From IMG/VR virus record IMGVR_UViG_3300020045_012446, positions 1 to 45,383 of that record: a stretch of 45,383 bases of DNA. One strand, written 5' to 3'. The position numbers and the translations under genes were made by a program. This document shows, piece after piece, positions 1 to 9,383 of this stretch. The notes under the pieces are model-generated. The model searched no databases. It had not been told where the DNA came from and worked only from the letters and a program-made list of their open reading frames with translations. The stretch comes from a virus (Duplodnaviria > Caudoviricetes). The first letter of the stretch is position 1. Every line of letters starts with the position of its first letter.

Positions 1-360
1 GTGGAATGGTGGGGGTATCGTCTCTGCAATACATCGGGCAGGACCGTATTTACCAGAGATAATGCATCAACATATCCATCCTTTAATATTGGATCAATTG
101 ATGGGACGAACCTTCTGGTTTATATGTCATCGAATGGTTCTTCCTATGACATCGCCAACGGCAAGACGTTTGGTGCGTTCACGTTGAACACCTGGATTCA
201 TTATGCTATTTCAAGAAGTGGTACAACGTTCTACATGTTTAAAAACGGTGCATTGACGGACACGTGGACAAGCTCGGCGGCACTAAATCCATCCTCCGCT
301 GTTCTTACGATAGGAAACCATTTAACCAATTGGTTGGACGCTGTTTTGGATGAAGTGAGA
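1..360 (+). repeat. Copy 1 of a 360-bp diverged inverted repeat (LamG-like coding unit)
   Basis: Colinear with the reverse complement of 1132-1491; 106/120 aa identical by manual comparison. Confidence 0.9.
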
Positions 361-1170
361 ATCTCCAAAGGAATTGCACGATATACTGCGGCGTTTACAG
401 CCCCTACAAATAAATTCCAATTAACAGGAACGTTTGTGTCTGCATGGACCGCAGCAAACGGAACAGGTACAACATTCTCAGAAAGCCTTACCGTAACTCC
501 TGTCTATGGGACAGAGGGTGCAGAAATCACAATATTGAACGGATCGGCCTACACCGGTTATATCACGTCAATTGATATTTATGGATTTGGTATCTATTCA
601 AACTCTTCAATTGATGATACACAAAGCGATTCCGATTCGATCTCGGAGTATGGTTATTTTAATGCGCACCTACAGCAACAGTATCAACAGGAGCAATACT
701 CGGCAATACTTGAAGGTCTGAAACAAATTCAATTAAACAAACAGCCGCGTACCATTTTGAATTCAATCAGCTTGATTGCAAATTCGTCAGAAGCTAATAT
801 GAATATGTTTTTATATACTGATGTGGGTAGTTTAATTCGCGTGCAGAATGATAGTCTTGGTATGGACGGCTGGTTTTATATTCAAGGTGTCGAGTTTGAA
901 ATAAAAGGAGCAATAATAATGTTTAAGTGGATTTTGAAACAAACATTTACCCTAACTTTGGGGTTGTCTTTAATGGCCTGCGAATGTCGCGGCGGTGTTA
1001 CCACAGACGCGATTAACTATGGATATTTACCATATACCTCACAGGATAAAATAGCACATCGTGGTTTTAGTGCGTGGATTAATATGGATGCGATTAGTAC
1101 CGCAGATCGAGCAGTTATTTTTAGTCAACACTCTGACTTCATCCAATACAGCATCAAGCCAATTGGTTAA
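1..1170 (+). CDS. Partial LamG/concanavalin-like domain virion (tail/fibre) protein; 5'-truncated, 3' end probably chimeric
   Basis: WIHYAISRSGTTFYMFKNG...LDEVRISKGIARY is a LamG-like jelly-roll signature. GC is visibly higher than the rest of the window. The last ~11 codons derive from the inverted copy. Confidence 0.6.
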   Translation: MEWWGYRLCNTSGRTVFTRDNASTYPSFNIGSIDGTNLLVYMSSNGSSYDIANGKTFGAFTLNTWIHYAISRSGTTFYMFKNGALTDTWTSSAALNPSSAVLTIGNHLTNWLDAVLDEVRISKGIARYTAAFTAPTNKFQLTGTFVSAWTAANGTGTTFSESLTVTPVYGTEGAEITILNGSAYTGYITSIDIYGFGIYSNSSIDDTQSDSDSISEYGYFNAHLQQQYQQEQYSAILEGLKQIQLNKQPRTILNSISLIANSSEANMNMFLYTDVGSLIRVQNDSLGMDGWFYIQGVEFEIKGAIIMFKWILKQTFTLTLGLSLMACECRGGVTTDAINYGYLPYTSQDKIAHRGFSAWINMDAISTADRAVIFSQHSDFIQYSIKPIG

Positions 1171-1779
1171 ATGATTTCCTATTGTAAGAACTGCGGTTGA
1201 AGGATTGAGGGCTGCCGAGCTTGTCCAGGTATCGGTTTGTGTGCCATTTTTAAACATATAAAATGTTGTGCCACTTCTACAAATTGCATAATGTATCCAT
1301 GTGTTTAATGTAAACGCACCAAACGTTTTGCCGTTAGCAATGTCGAACGAAGAACCGTTTGACGACATGTAAACCAATAGATTTGTACCATCACTTGATC
1401 CGATATTAAAGGCGGGAAAAGAAGCGGCCTTATCTCTTGTAAAAACAGTCCTTCCCGAGGTAACGCCTAATCGGTATTCCCACCATTCAACCGTAAAATC
1501 ACCTGTGCCAAAATCCCAATCTGGAGAATCGGGAACGTCAATCCAGGAATTTGTAGCATCAAAATACCCAGCACCCGAACCGAATTTAACGACGTTTGAA
1601 ATAGGCGAAGCGTCTGTGGCGTTTAATGTTTTGCCTGTTTCATCATCAATATATAATCTAGAATAGGTGCGATATGTTCTCATATCACAATTAAGATATC
1701 GAGCAGCGGCTTTGTTAGATTTAGTAACGGCCATTGCTCTAAGTATATCTTGTTTTGTAAATAATTTAGCTCTGCCCAT
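1039..1779 (-). CDS. Hybrid ORF: ~51-aa native phage N-terminus (helical, HTH-like) fused at DETGKT to a foreign LamG-like domain
   Basis: Composition shifts near 1625-1645. The N-terminus MGRAKLFTKQDILRAMAVTKSNKAAARYLNC is unrelated to the LamG part. Confidence 0.5.
   Translation of the reverse strand: MGRAKLFTKQDILRAMAVTKSNKAAARYLNCDMRTYRTYSRLYIDDETGKTLNATDASPISNVVKFGSGAGYFDATNSWIDVPDSPDWDFGTGDFTVEWWEYRLGVTSGRTVFTRDKAASFPAFNIGSSDGTNLLVYMSSNGSSFDIANGKTFGAFTLNTWIHYAICRSGTTFYMFKNGTQTDTWTSSAALNPSTAVLTIGNHLTNWLDAVLDEVRVLTKNNCSICGTNRIHINPRTKTTMCYFIL
1132..1491 (-). repeat. Copy 2 (inverted) of the 360-bp LamG-like unit
   Basis: VEWWEYRLGVTSGRTVFTRD...LDEVR matches 1-360 without indels. Confidence 0.9.
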
Positions 1780-1792
1780 TATTTCTTTTTCT

Positions 1793-2002
1793 TTAATGGT
1801 TTATTAAACCAATCTTCAACCAATTTAATCTTTTTTCAAATATTAAACAAACCATAATAACAAGGAAACACACATTAAGTATAGGAATTAAATTAAATCC
1901 AAATACTTTTAACCATTCTCCTCTAGTATATTCATCCTCGAAAATACTAAATAGTATTATACATAATAATGATATTCCTAACGTAATATAAAATAATTCC
2001 AT
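1793..2002 (-). CDS. Small membrane protein (2 TM)
   Basis: Two hydrophobic stretches; preceded by the promoter motif at 2024-2052. Confidence 0.6.
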   Translation of the reverse strand: MELFYITLGISLLCIILFSIFEDEYTRGEWLKVFGFNLIPILNVCFLVIMVCLIFEKRLNWLKIGLINH

Positions 2003-2023
2003 AATTTTTTATTTATTTAAATT

Positions 2024-2052
2024 AATATACGAAAGTATATTTAAGAATCCAA
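2024..2052 (-). promoter_or_regulatory. Putative early/middle promoter TTGG-N15-TTCGTATATT
   Basis: One of five copies with conserved spacing, each upstream of a start codon. Confidence 0.65.
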
Positions 2053-3903
2053 ATACTTTTCTTCAATTACCTCATTTGCATACTTTATAGTTTGGATTAA
2101 CATCCTTTGTCCAGAGCAAGTTATAGCTGATGATAATATTTTGTATCCATCAGTAAATCTCCAAGCGTTAATAGCAAAGGCTCCATATACGGCATTTAAT
2201 AGGATTTTAAAGGAGTGTTGTTGTGAATCATATAATTTGCCTAGTTCTTCGTTTCCTTCCTTGTATGCTTTACCCATCTTGGATTTATATTCTTTTCTCA
2301 TCTTAAACCAGTCTGTTAATACTTCGGCAACAACACTTGATTTATCTGTTCTAAAAATAACACCATTAGCGGATACTACATATTTATTTTTTTCAATACT
2401 ATTAATTAATGTTTTTAATTTAATCGTTTTAGTATTAAAAGTATAAGTTTCTTTATCTAATATTTCAAAATCCACATCCATTTCAGGATCTTTATTCTTC
2501 ATATCAGATAATCCCCACCATAAATTTCGAGTTGGATTTTCTATAACAACTCTTCCTATTAATGTCTCAATACCTAAATTTAAACTACGTATAATGCTTG
2601 GATATAGAGAAGCATAATCATAATCACTTAACCATTTATATACACCAGGTACTGGGTCAAGAAGGAATCCACCAGCATAGCTTTGTACCTTTTTAATACT
2701 TTTTAATTCACGAGTTTTTAATTCATTTGCTTTTGTTTTCACAACAACAAAATCTCCATCTATAGAATGTATTTCTCCTTCAATTGATGGTGTTCCTCTT
2801 TGGTTATTAACAATATCTCCCTCATTTAATTCTTTAATTTCCTTATTTATAGTTGTTGGTTTATTATGAACAATAATTTTTTTACGTTTTAAATATGTCA
2901 GGATAGCTCCCTCATTTAATACAGTATTATAATAAATAGATTCATAAGGAGTATGACATAAATGGGAAATTAATACAGTTAATTGTACAAATTGTAAATT
3001 CTTTTCTAATTCTTCAAGTATTTCGACATCTCGAATATTATATTCAATATATCCTTCGGGATCTTTAGCAAGTAATTCATCTAAATTACCCTCATATTCA
3101 ATTTTACCCAATTTAGCATACTTAACACCAATATCATGTAATTTATATGTTGGTTCTTCTTTAGTAATATATTTTTTAAGTAATCTCATAAAGTCCATAC
3201 TATTTACCCCACCTAATGTAATAGGTTTATCAGGCATAGATGGAGTATTAATTACTTTCTTTATTGGAGATAACATATTTGCTGTTTCTTCTCCAAATAC
3301 TTTAAGTATTCTACAATAAAGATAAGGTATATCGAAGAAATCTGAATTATATCCAATTACTATAGTAGGGTCTATTTCCCTCCATTTTGTAATAAACTTG
3401 TTTATTAAATCTCTTTCACTATAACAAGTTATTACAGAATTTACTCCTATTATTTTATCCTCTAATTTTTGTTCTGTATCTACAATAAAACATATTCTTT
3501 TCTTTTCACCATTTTCAAAATAGGTTAAAGCGATAGATGTTAATTCTGCAGGAGCCGCTTGTATATAACTTGGTGTTAAAGAACCCAATAATTGAATCTC
3601 GATATCTAAGTATATAATATTTTGGTATGTTGGTTGTTCGCTGTCTTTGTAATAAAAATCACGAAGAACAGCAATTTCCTTTTGTATATCTTTTTCTAAT
3701 ATTTGGTTATCAAACCAATCATATTTTCCCTCTACTTTTGAAACCTTCTTTCCAAATAAGGTAGTATACTCCCCTTCTTCATCTAATTGATAGACAGGGG
3801 CAGAATATTTAAATCGTTTCCATCCCAGAATATCGTCTCTTAGATAAATAAAACCCTTGTCCGGGTTATGCTTTCTTCTTTCGTAATATATACTTTGATA
3901 CAA
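2041..3903 (-). CDS. polB: Family B DNA polymerase, N-terminal part (exonuclease plus motifs A and B; motif C absent)
   Basis: ExoI LDIEI, ExoII GYNSDFFDIPYL, ExoIII YNIRD, motif A DYASLYPS, motif B KILLNAVYG. No YGDTDS before the stop. Confidence 0.9.
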   Translation of the reverse strand: MYQSIYYERRKHNPDKGFIYLRDDILGWKRFKYSAPVYQLDEEGEYTTLFGKKVSKVEGKYDWFDNQILEKDIQKEIAVLRDFYYKDSEQPTYQNIIYLDIEIQLLGSLTPSYIQAAPAELTSIALTYFENGEKKRICFIVDTEQKLEDKIIGVNSVITCYSERDLINKFITKWREIDPTIVIGYNSDFFDIPYLYCRILKVFGEETANMLSPIKKVINTPSMPDKPITLGGVNSMDFMRLLKKYITKEEPTYKLHDIGVKYAKLGKIEYEGNLDELLAKDPEGYIEYNIRDVEILEELEKNLQFVQLTVLISHLCHTPYESIYYNTVLNEGAILTYLKRKKIIVHNKPTTINKEIKELNEGDIVNNQRGTPSIEGEIHSIDGDFVVVKTKANELKTRELKSIKKVQSYAGGFLLDPVPGVYKWLSDYDYASLYPSIIRSLNLGIETLIGRVVIENPTRNLWWGLSDMKNKDPEMDVDFEILDKETYTFNTKTIKLKTLINSIEKNKYVVSANGVIFRTDKSSVVAEVLTDWFKMRKEYKSKMGKAYKEGNEELGKLYDSQQHSFKILLNAVYGAFAINAWRFTDGYKILSSAITCSGQRMLIQTIKYANEVIEEKYLDS

Positions 3904-3914
3904 ATTTTTTACTT

Positions 3915-4115
3915 TTAATTATTTTCCCACCCAAAGGATAAAAAGTCATAATATTGTTGTTTTATTCTAATTACTTCTACAGGATATTTAAATCTTTCAG
4001 ATATATCTTTATACCTAATTTGTTGTTGATCACATAATTTAAATATAAAGTTTTTATGTTGCTCGTTTAATATAGTAAAGGAATCTTGAATTTTGTTTGG
4101 ATAGTTTATTTTCAT
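3915..4115 (-). CDS. Hypothetical protein
   Basis: Fits the minus-strand gene string. Confidence 0.55.
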   Translation of the reverse strand: MKINYPNKIQDSFTILNEQHKNFIFKLCDQQQIRYKDISERFKYPVEVIRIKQQYYDFLSFGWENN

Positions 4116-4270
4116 TTCTTAAATATATAACCTTCAAATGATTTATCCCAATATCTGCGAGTTAAACACGTCCAAACCCAAACATGAACTCGAATATTTC
4201 TTCTAAGTTTAATATACCATGGATCTTTATCCATTTCATCTAATATTCTTTCTAGAACTTTACTTCTCAT
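4112..4270 (-). CDS. Small hypothetical protein (52 aa, MRSKVLERILDE...), not in ORF track
   Basis: Fills the gap exactly, with ATGA overlaps to both neighbours. Confidence 0.6.
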   Translation of the reverse strand: MRSKVLERILDEMDKDPWYIKLRRNIRVHVWVWTCLTRRYWDKSFEGYIFKK

Positions 4271-4662
4271 TTTATATATTGTATAAATTTTTTAGGTAAA
4301 TAAATGTTTTCTAAATCAATAGCATCTTTAAATAATGGACCTACATCTTTTTGGCTTAATCCTGCTAATCCACAACCTATTTCTGTAACTAAAAATATTA
4401 AATCAGGTCTAGAAATAGCATATTCAATGAATTCATCAACAAATATTTGGATTTTAGGAATAGATAATGTTTTGGTTATAGAGAAATTCTTAGTAGGAAT
4501 ACCATATGTTCTTCCCTGTAAACCTCTAGGTTGGCCCCAAATAGCTCCCCAAGTTAATGCTTGACGAGCAGCTCCAGCACCATGTCTCCCTGATTCATTA
4601 CTACCAAAAACAAATATTTCATTTGGTTCTAATTTTGTAATATTTTGTGGAGTTACTCTCAT
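4267..4662 (-). CDS. Macro-like / A1S_2505-type phage protein
   Basis: IFVFGSNESGRHGAGAA and TEIGCGLAG motifs. Confidence 0.65.
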   Translation of the reverse strand: MRVTPQNITKLEPNEIFVFGSNESGRHGAGAARQALTWGAIWGQPRGLQGRTYGIPTKNFSITKTLSIPKIQIFVDEFIEYAISRPDLIFLVTEIGCGLAGLSQKDVGPLFKDAIDLENIYLPKKFIQYIK

Positions 4663-4784
4663 TATTCTTGTTTTAATAATTTATCAATCCTTTTATCAAT
4701 ATTTTTCCAATATTGTTGTTTAGGTGTTAGATTTTTATAAGTTAAATCTTTCTTCATCTGCTTAGACTCTTCATGATTTCTCAT
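4662..4784 (-). CDS. Small hypothetical protein (40 aa, MRNHEESKQM...), not in ORF track
   Basis: TAATG coupling at both ends. Confidence 0.55.
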   Translation of the reverse strand: MRNHEESKQMKKDLTYKNLTPKQQYWKNIDKRIDKLLKQE

Positions 4785-5068
4785 TATTTTTGATTTAATA
4801 CTATTTCGGCTAATACTTTATCTATAGCTTCTTGGTTATCTTTTTTAAATTGAATTCCCTCATCAGAATCAGTCCAAAATAAAAAACCTTCCATATTTTC
4901 AATTTCTTTCATTTTAGAGATATTAATATCTTCCCCATCTTGACGAACAATATGGATATTATGTCCTAATTGAATTACTTTTTCTTCATTTTGATAAACA
5001 TAACCCAATAAAAATATAGGAGCGTCTGTATTATCAATTACTCTTCTAAATATTTCTTTTGTTTTCAT
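4784..5068 (-). CDS. Hypothetical protein
   Basis: TAATG-coupled ORF. Confidence 0.6.
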   Translation of the reverse strand: MKTKEIFRRVIDNTDAPIFLLGYVYQNEEKVIQLGHNIHIVRQDGEDINISKMKEIENMEGFLFWTDSDEGIQFKKDNQEAIDKVLAEIVLNQK

Positions 5069-5568
5069 TATTTATTTAATATTCTTATTGCTCTTTCAGC
5101 ACATATTTTAGTTAATCCATATCCTATATCAATACAATCAGGATGATTAATATTATTAGCAGTTCTAACAAAATTTTTTCTTTGTGATTGTAACATATCA
5201 TTATCATCATCCAAAATAACGTAGTGGGTTACTTTATTTTGATGTTCATCTAACCATTGTTGGACTTCATGACCTCTTTCTACCTCATCATAATTTTCAA
5301 ATTTCCCTTCTCCAATTAATTGATAACAATCAACAGTTACATCAATTACTTCACCAGGTAATCCCCTTTCTAACCACATTTCTTTCATTCGTTCTAGTCC
5401 AGCAAACCTCCAAGTAGATGAAATTACTATTTTAGCTCCGGTTTCTTCAACAACCCATTTAAGATTATCTTCGAAGTGTTTATGAAATAATTGACCAAAG
5501 TCATCATGACCTTGACCATAAACATTCAAAACACCATCAATATCTAAAAATATTACTTTCATACTCAT
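5068..5568 (-). CDS. HAD-superfamily phosphatase (HAD_SAK_2-like)
   Basis: IFLDIDGVLN, ISSTWR and ILDDD motifs. Confidence 0.8.
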   Translation of the reverse strand: MSMKVIFLDIDGVLNVYGQGHDDFGQLFHKHFEDNLKWVVEETGAKIVISSTWRFAGLERMKEMWLERGLPGEVIDVTVDCYQLIGEGKFENYDEVERGHEVQQWLDEHQNKVTHYVILDDDNDMLQSQRKNFVRTANNINHPDCIDIGYGLTKICAERAIRILNK

Positions 5569-5851
5569 TACTTATTGAAATTAAAACACATATACCATAA
5601 AACCATAAATGAAATTTATATCCTATTATAAACCACAAATACAATAAAGAGGATGAATTATATAATATATTTTCAAAATCAGTTAGTATAGGGAGTATAA
5701 ACAAAAATGATAATACTATTATAAAATTTAAACAGTATAATTGTAAACTAATTAATAATATATTTAATATAGATCCCCAAGGATATATTTTTAATGGTTC
5801 TACAACTTGTTGGAATATTAATTTAAAAACTCTTAATATTGATTCTTTCAT
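5537..5851 (-). CDS. Membrane protein
   Basis: Hydrophobic segments; promoter motif upstream. Confidence 0.5.
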   Translation of the reverse strand: MKESILRVFKLIFQQVVEPLKIYPWGSILNILLISLQLYCLNFIIVLSFLFILPILTDFENILYNSSSLLYLWFIIGYKFHLWFYGICVLISISNEYESNIFRY

Positions 5852-5875
5852 AACTTTATATTAATTTATTTTGTA

Positions 5876-5903
5876 AATATACGAATAAAATTATGACCTC
5901 CAA
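5876..5903 (-). promoter_or_regulatory. Putative early/middle promoter TTGG-N14-TTCGTATATT
   Basis: Copy of the recurrent motif; overlaps the terminator hairpin. Confidence 0.6.
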
Positions 5904-5913
5904 AGGAGGTCAT
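5893..5913 (-). terminator. Hairpin after dUTPase
   Basis: Perfect 9-bp stem ATGACCTCC/GGAGGTCAT, followed by AATTTT on the minus strand. Confidence 0.6.
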
Positions 5914-5918
5914 TTAAT

Positions 5919-6377
5919 TTATTTGCCTGATGACCCAAATGCTCCACTTCCTCTTAATTGGACACTTTTTAATGCTTCAAATTGTTCATCATTCAACTCT
6001 ACTACTTCATAATCTGGTTTTGGAATTACTGCTACTTGTGCGTATCTTTCTCCTTTTTCAATTAATACGTCGGTATCTCCAACATTATATATTTTAATTC
6101 CTAAATTACCTGTATAACCGCTATCTACAGTTCCATAGTGAGGTATTAAATCAAATTTGAATCCTTTAGAACTCCGTAATTGTATCTGCATCCAATATTT
6201 ATCTTCTTGGTCTATAGTTAGATTAAGTCCGTTTGGTACTACAGCAGACCCCCTTGCAGGTATAATAGTATTTTCAATACATGTTATATCAAAACATGCT
6301 GATGTATTACCATATGCTACTCTAGGTACTACGGCATCTGGGTGTTCTTTATGGGCGTAAACTGTTACTTTTTTCAT
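5919..6377 (-). CDS. dut: Trimeric dUTPase
   Basis: ACFDI, RSS, GTVDSGYTG, RYAQ and RGSGAFGSSG motifs. Confidence 0.95.
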   Translation of the reverse strand: MKKVTVYAHKEHPDAVVPRVAYGNTSACFDITCIENTIIPARGSAVVPNGLNLTIDQEDKYWMQIQLRSSKGFKFDLIPHYGTVDSGYTGNLGIKIYNVGDTDVLIEKGERYAQVAVIPKPDYEVVELNDEQFEALKSVQLRGSGAFGSSGK

Positions 6378-6378
6378 T

Positions 6379-6876
6379 TTAAAAAATTGATGTGTTTAAT
6401 TTTAATTGTTTAATTGTTTGTCCTTGACTTTGTATTAATTCTATACTTTCGTTGTATATTTTTTCCAAACCGCGATTAAATCCGAACACGCTATTTAGAT
6501 TTTTATTTGGTTCTTCACGTTGATAAAAGTATTGGATTGTTTGTTCATTACATTCTGTTTTTATCAACACATCAGGTAAATAATGCCCTTTGGTTGCCAT
6601 TCTTCTTAGTAAACGATAAGTTAAAATTCCTTCAACTATAATAGGTAAAACGGCGTAATAACAATCATTTACATCACGTTCTAACATATCTAACGCATCT
6701 TTTTGACCATATTTTTCTATATAATCATCGGATATTAATAGTTGTCTGTCTAATTCGCTAGCCAATTTTCGTGCTATCGCAACCTTTCCTGTCTTAGTAG
6801 CCCCTGTCACAAATATTAATGGGAGGGGGTGACAATATTCTATTATTTTTGATGTAATTAACGATTCAGGTTTCAT
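6379..6876 (-). CDS. P-loop kinase, nucleotide-kinase-like
   Basis: N-terminal IFVTGATKTGK Walker A, then ISDD and IIVEG. Confidence 0.65.
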   Translation of the reverse strand: MKPESLITSKIIEYCHPLPLIFVTGATKTGKVAIARKLASELDRQLLISDDYIEKYGQKDALDMLERDVNDCYYAVLPIIVEGILTYRLLRRMATKGHYLPDVLIKTECNEQTIQYFYQREEPNKNLNSVFGFNRGLEKIYNESIELIQSQGQTIKQLKLNTSIF

Positions 6877-7232
6877 TCTTTCCTTATTATACCTATTGAA
6901 AGTAGTCTTTTAAAATCTTCCAATAATGGATTTTTACTATTGATTAAAACTCTATTTCCTTTATAATAATTATATATTGCATCTCCTTTATCAATTGATA
7001 AATTATCCACAACTATATATATTCCGGGCGCAAAATCTGTGGGATCTAACGTTAAATCTTCTTCTACATGGGGTATTGTGCCGTAAGGGATTAGTTCATT
7101 CATCCAATCCCTTCTTCGACTACACCCACAATCTTTAATACCTAAGACTTCAGTAGTTTTTTCTACTAGGGATGAAATTCCTGTTGCTTTAAAAACTTTT
7201 TCTAAGTCATCCCCCAACCCTCTACTTTCCAT
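6873..7232 (-). CDS. Conserved phage hypothetical protein
   Basis: SRGLGD...ATGI...CGCxxRR pattern. Confidence 0.6.
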   Translation of the reverse strand: MESRGLGDDLEKVFKATGISSLVEKTTEVLGIKDCGCSRRRDWMNELIPYGTIPHVEEDLTLDPTDFAPGIYIVVDNLSIDKGDAIYNYYKGNRVLINSKNPLLEDFKRLLSIGIIRKE

Positions 7233-8071
7233 TATACATCGAGAGTTTTATCCCAAGCTGAAATGTGCAATCTCGTAAGACCTCTAAATTTATATTTCTT
7301 AGCCATTTCCAAAATCCATTGTGTTCTTTCATGGAATTGTTCTCTTGAATCCATTCCTGGCATACAAACTACATTACTTAAAGGAATATTAAATGGTTTA
7401 ATAAATGTTTCGAACATTTCCCTAATATCTTCTTCATTTGATATAACAAATTTGAATTGGTAATTAGGATGTTCTATTATACGATTAATAGCTTCAGGTA
7501 CTATACGTTGTTTTTCCGTCATACCAGAATTAGATAATTTTGGTGAACAATTGATTTGGTCTAAATATTCGAATAGTTCTTGTTCTATATAGATAGTTCC
7601 ATTAGTTTCAATTTCATAATATGGTTTACACATATAAAATTCATAGTCGTATTCATCCCAATATCTAGTAAAGTTTACTATGGCTTCTTGATGTTTTTTA
7701 ATAGTAGGTTCTCCACCAGTCCATATAATTCTTATGGTACCATTTTTAATATCCTCATATATTCCTTGTTCTTTCCATCTATCAATAAGATATTGGAAAT
7801 CTTGATTTACACCCCTATATAACCACTGGGATGTTGAATCACAAGTCCATGTTGCTTTACCTTCTTGTTCTAAATCACCTATAAAAATTTCACCATCTGC
7901 TAGTGGTTTTTCTTTTAATAGTTTATTAGTAAATAAGCGAGACATTCCACAAGTTAAATTACAATTAGCTAATCTTACGAAGTATGAAGGAATACCTGTC
8001 GATATACCTTCTCCTTGGACTGAAAAAAAGTCTGATGATATTAATAATTTGTTTGTTTCTATTTTATCCAT
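7232..8071 (-). CDS. queE: 7-carboxy-7-deazaguanine synthase (radical SAM)
   Basis: FFSVQGEG, RLANCNLTC...CDS (insertion within the Cys motif), TGGEP, IETNG, SPKL, RLH. Confidence 0.9.
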   Translation of the reverse strand: MDKIETNKLLISSDFFSVQGEGISTGIPSYFVRLANCNLTCGMSRLFTNKLLKEKPLADGEIFIGDLEQEGKATWTCDSTSQWLYRGVNQDFQYLIDRWKEQGIYEDIKNGTIRIIWTGGEPTIKKHQEAIVNFTRYWDEYDYEFYMCKPYYEIETNGTIYIEQELFEYLDQINCSPKLSNSGMTEKQRIVPEAINRIIEHPNYQFKFVISNEEDIREMFETFIKPFNIPLSNVVCMPGMDSREQFHERTQWILEMAKKYKFRGLTRLHISAWDKTLDV

Positions 8072-8072
8072 A

Positions 8073-8312
8073 TCATTTCTTATTAAGTTTATTTAACCAA
8101 CTTTGTAATTTAATTTCTATAATCTTTTTTATTAATATAAATCCTCCTATTGATGATAAAGATATTTTCCACCACCAATTATAAAAAAATATGGAGATTA
8201 ATGATATTCCGAATCCTATATAACACAGCATTATTAATAATCCTGTTATTACTGTAAATTTATAATTTTGAGATGTAAATAAATCTGCAATCATTTGTGT
8301 TTTCGTACTCAT
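8073..8312 (-). CDS. Small membrane protein
   Basis: Two hydrophobic segments. Confidence 0.55.
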   Translation of the reverse strand: MSTKTQMIADLFTSQNYKFTVITGLLIMLCYIGFGISLISIFFYNWWWKISLSSIGGFILIKKIIEIKLQSWLNKLNKK

Positions 8313-9016
8313 TATCCTAATTTTATCATATCCATTACTTCTTGCTTAGCTGTTTTTTCATGATTTGAAAATACGCCTGAAACCTCACTAGTTACCATTG
8401 AGCAACCTTGATGACCCACACCCCTCTCTGATACACAGTTATGACCTGAGTCGATAACTACCATTACACCAATATTACCTTCGCAGATTTTATTTATAGC
8501 ATTATGGATATTTACGGTAAGTGCTTCTTGAATTTGTCCCCTTCTTCCAAAGTGTTCAACGATTCTATTTAATTTACTTAAGCCAACTACAGTTCCGTTT
8601 TTGCCAGGAATATAGGCGATATGTACCTTACCTTTAATTGCTTGATGATGATGTGAACACATTGAATGTAGTGGTATGTTTTTCTCTAATACAATACCAT
8701 CATAACCATCTGCGGGAAATGAAGTAATATCTGATAGAACATTGTATCTACCATACCATAAACCATTTACATAAGCTTTAGCTACTCTTCGTGGAGTATT
8801 ATTTGAATTTGGATCATTCTCCCAATCAACACCCAAAGCAGTTAAAAATTCTCCATATGCTTTAGCAGCATTATGAATAATTACTCCTTTTTCTGATTCA
8901 TTTAATGAGCGGTATTCGGTTTGTATGACTTTTGATAATTGGGTTGATATACCATTAGCACAACCAATATTTGCAATTTCTAAATCTTCAATTTTAATTT
9001 CTTTTCTTTTCGTCAT
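8312..9016 (-). CDS. folE: GTP cyclohydrolase I
   Basis: TPRRVAK, SMCSHH, GLSKLNR, QIQE and HNCVSERG motifs. Confidence 0.95.
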   Translation of the reverse strand: MTKRKEIKIEDLEIANIGCANGISTQLSKVIQTEYRSLNESEKGVIIHNAAKAYGEFLTALGVDWENDPNSNNTPRRVAKAYVNGLWYGRYNVLSDITSFPADGYDGIVLEKNIPLHSMCSHHHQAIKGKVHIAYIPGKNGTVVGLSKLNRIVEHFGRRGQIQEALTVNIHNAINKICEGNIGVMVVIDSGHNCVSERGVGHQGCSMVTSEVSGVFSNHEKTAKQEVMDMIKLG

Positions 9017-9021
9017 TATAT

Positions 9022-9216
9022 TTATTTAATTATTTTATCCATTTCGCAGACCATGTCAACCTTTATATTAGTAGGAAACAATTTAGGATGTTTTTCTTCA
9101 AATATTTTAATAAATTTTGATAGTATAACTAATTCGGACTCTCCTTCCATAAATTGAGGTGAGTAAAAATTATGAATACACACATTTAAATCCCAAGTTA
9201 TTTTATATAAATTCAT
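9022..9216 (-). CDS. Hypothetical protein
   Basis: Fits the gene string. Confidence 0.5.
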   Translation of the reverse strand: MNLYKITWDLNVCIHNFYSPQFMEGESELVILSKFIKIFEEKHPKLFPTNIKVDMVCEMDKIIK

Positions 9217-9383
9217 TTACTTATGTCTTTAAGATTAACAAATTCATTGTCGTCTTGAATTCCCATTACTTCTCTTTCAATTCTTTCAGCTATTATATCT
9301 AGTTCGGTAACATTTATTTCTAACCATTCAAGTCCTTGAGCATAGTCGTAGAATATTTTCTTAATGTGTTCTCTATTTGACAT
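9213..9383 (-). CDS. Small hypothetical protein (56 aa, MSNREHIKKI...), not in ORF track
   Basis: Fills the gap; ATGA overlap with the downstream gene. Confidence 0.55.
   Translation of the reverse strand: MSNREHIKKIFYDYAQGLEWLEINVTELDIIAERIEREVMGIQDDNEFVNLKDISK

Noticed and set aside
1-1491. Diversity-generating retroelement TR/VR pair
   Set aside because: Differences between the copies are largely synonymous third-position changes, not adenine-specific. The copies are inverted and no reverse transcriptase is in the window.
2690-2860. Intein in the polymerase insertion
   Set aside because: Only about 50 aa, with no N-terminal Cys/Ser block or His-Asn end.
4121-4152. Sixth copy of the bipartite promoter (TTGG...TTATATATTT)
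   Set aside because: Degenerate match lying inside the small ORF 4112-4270.
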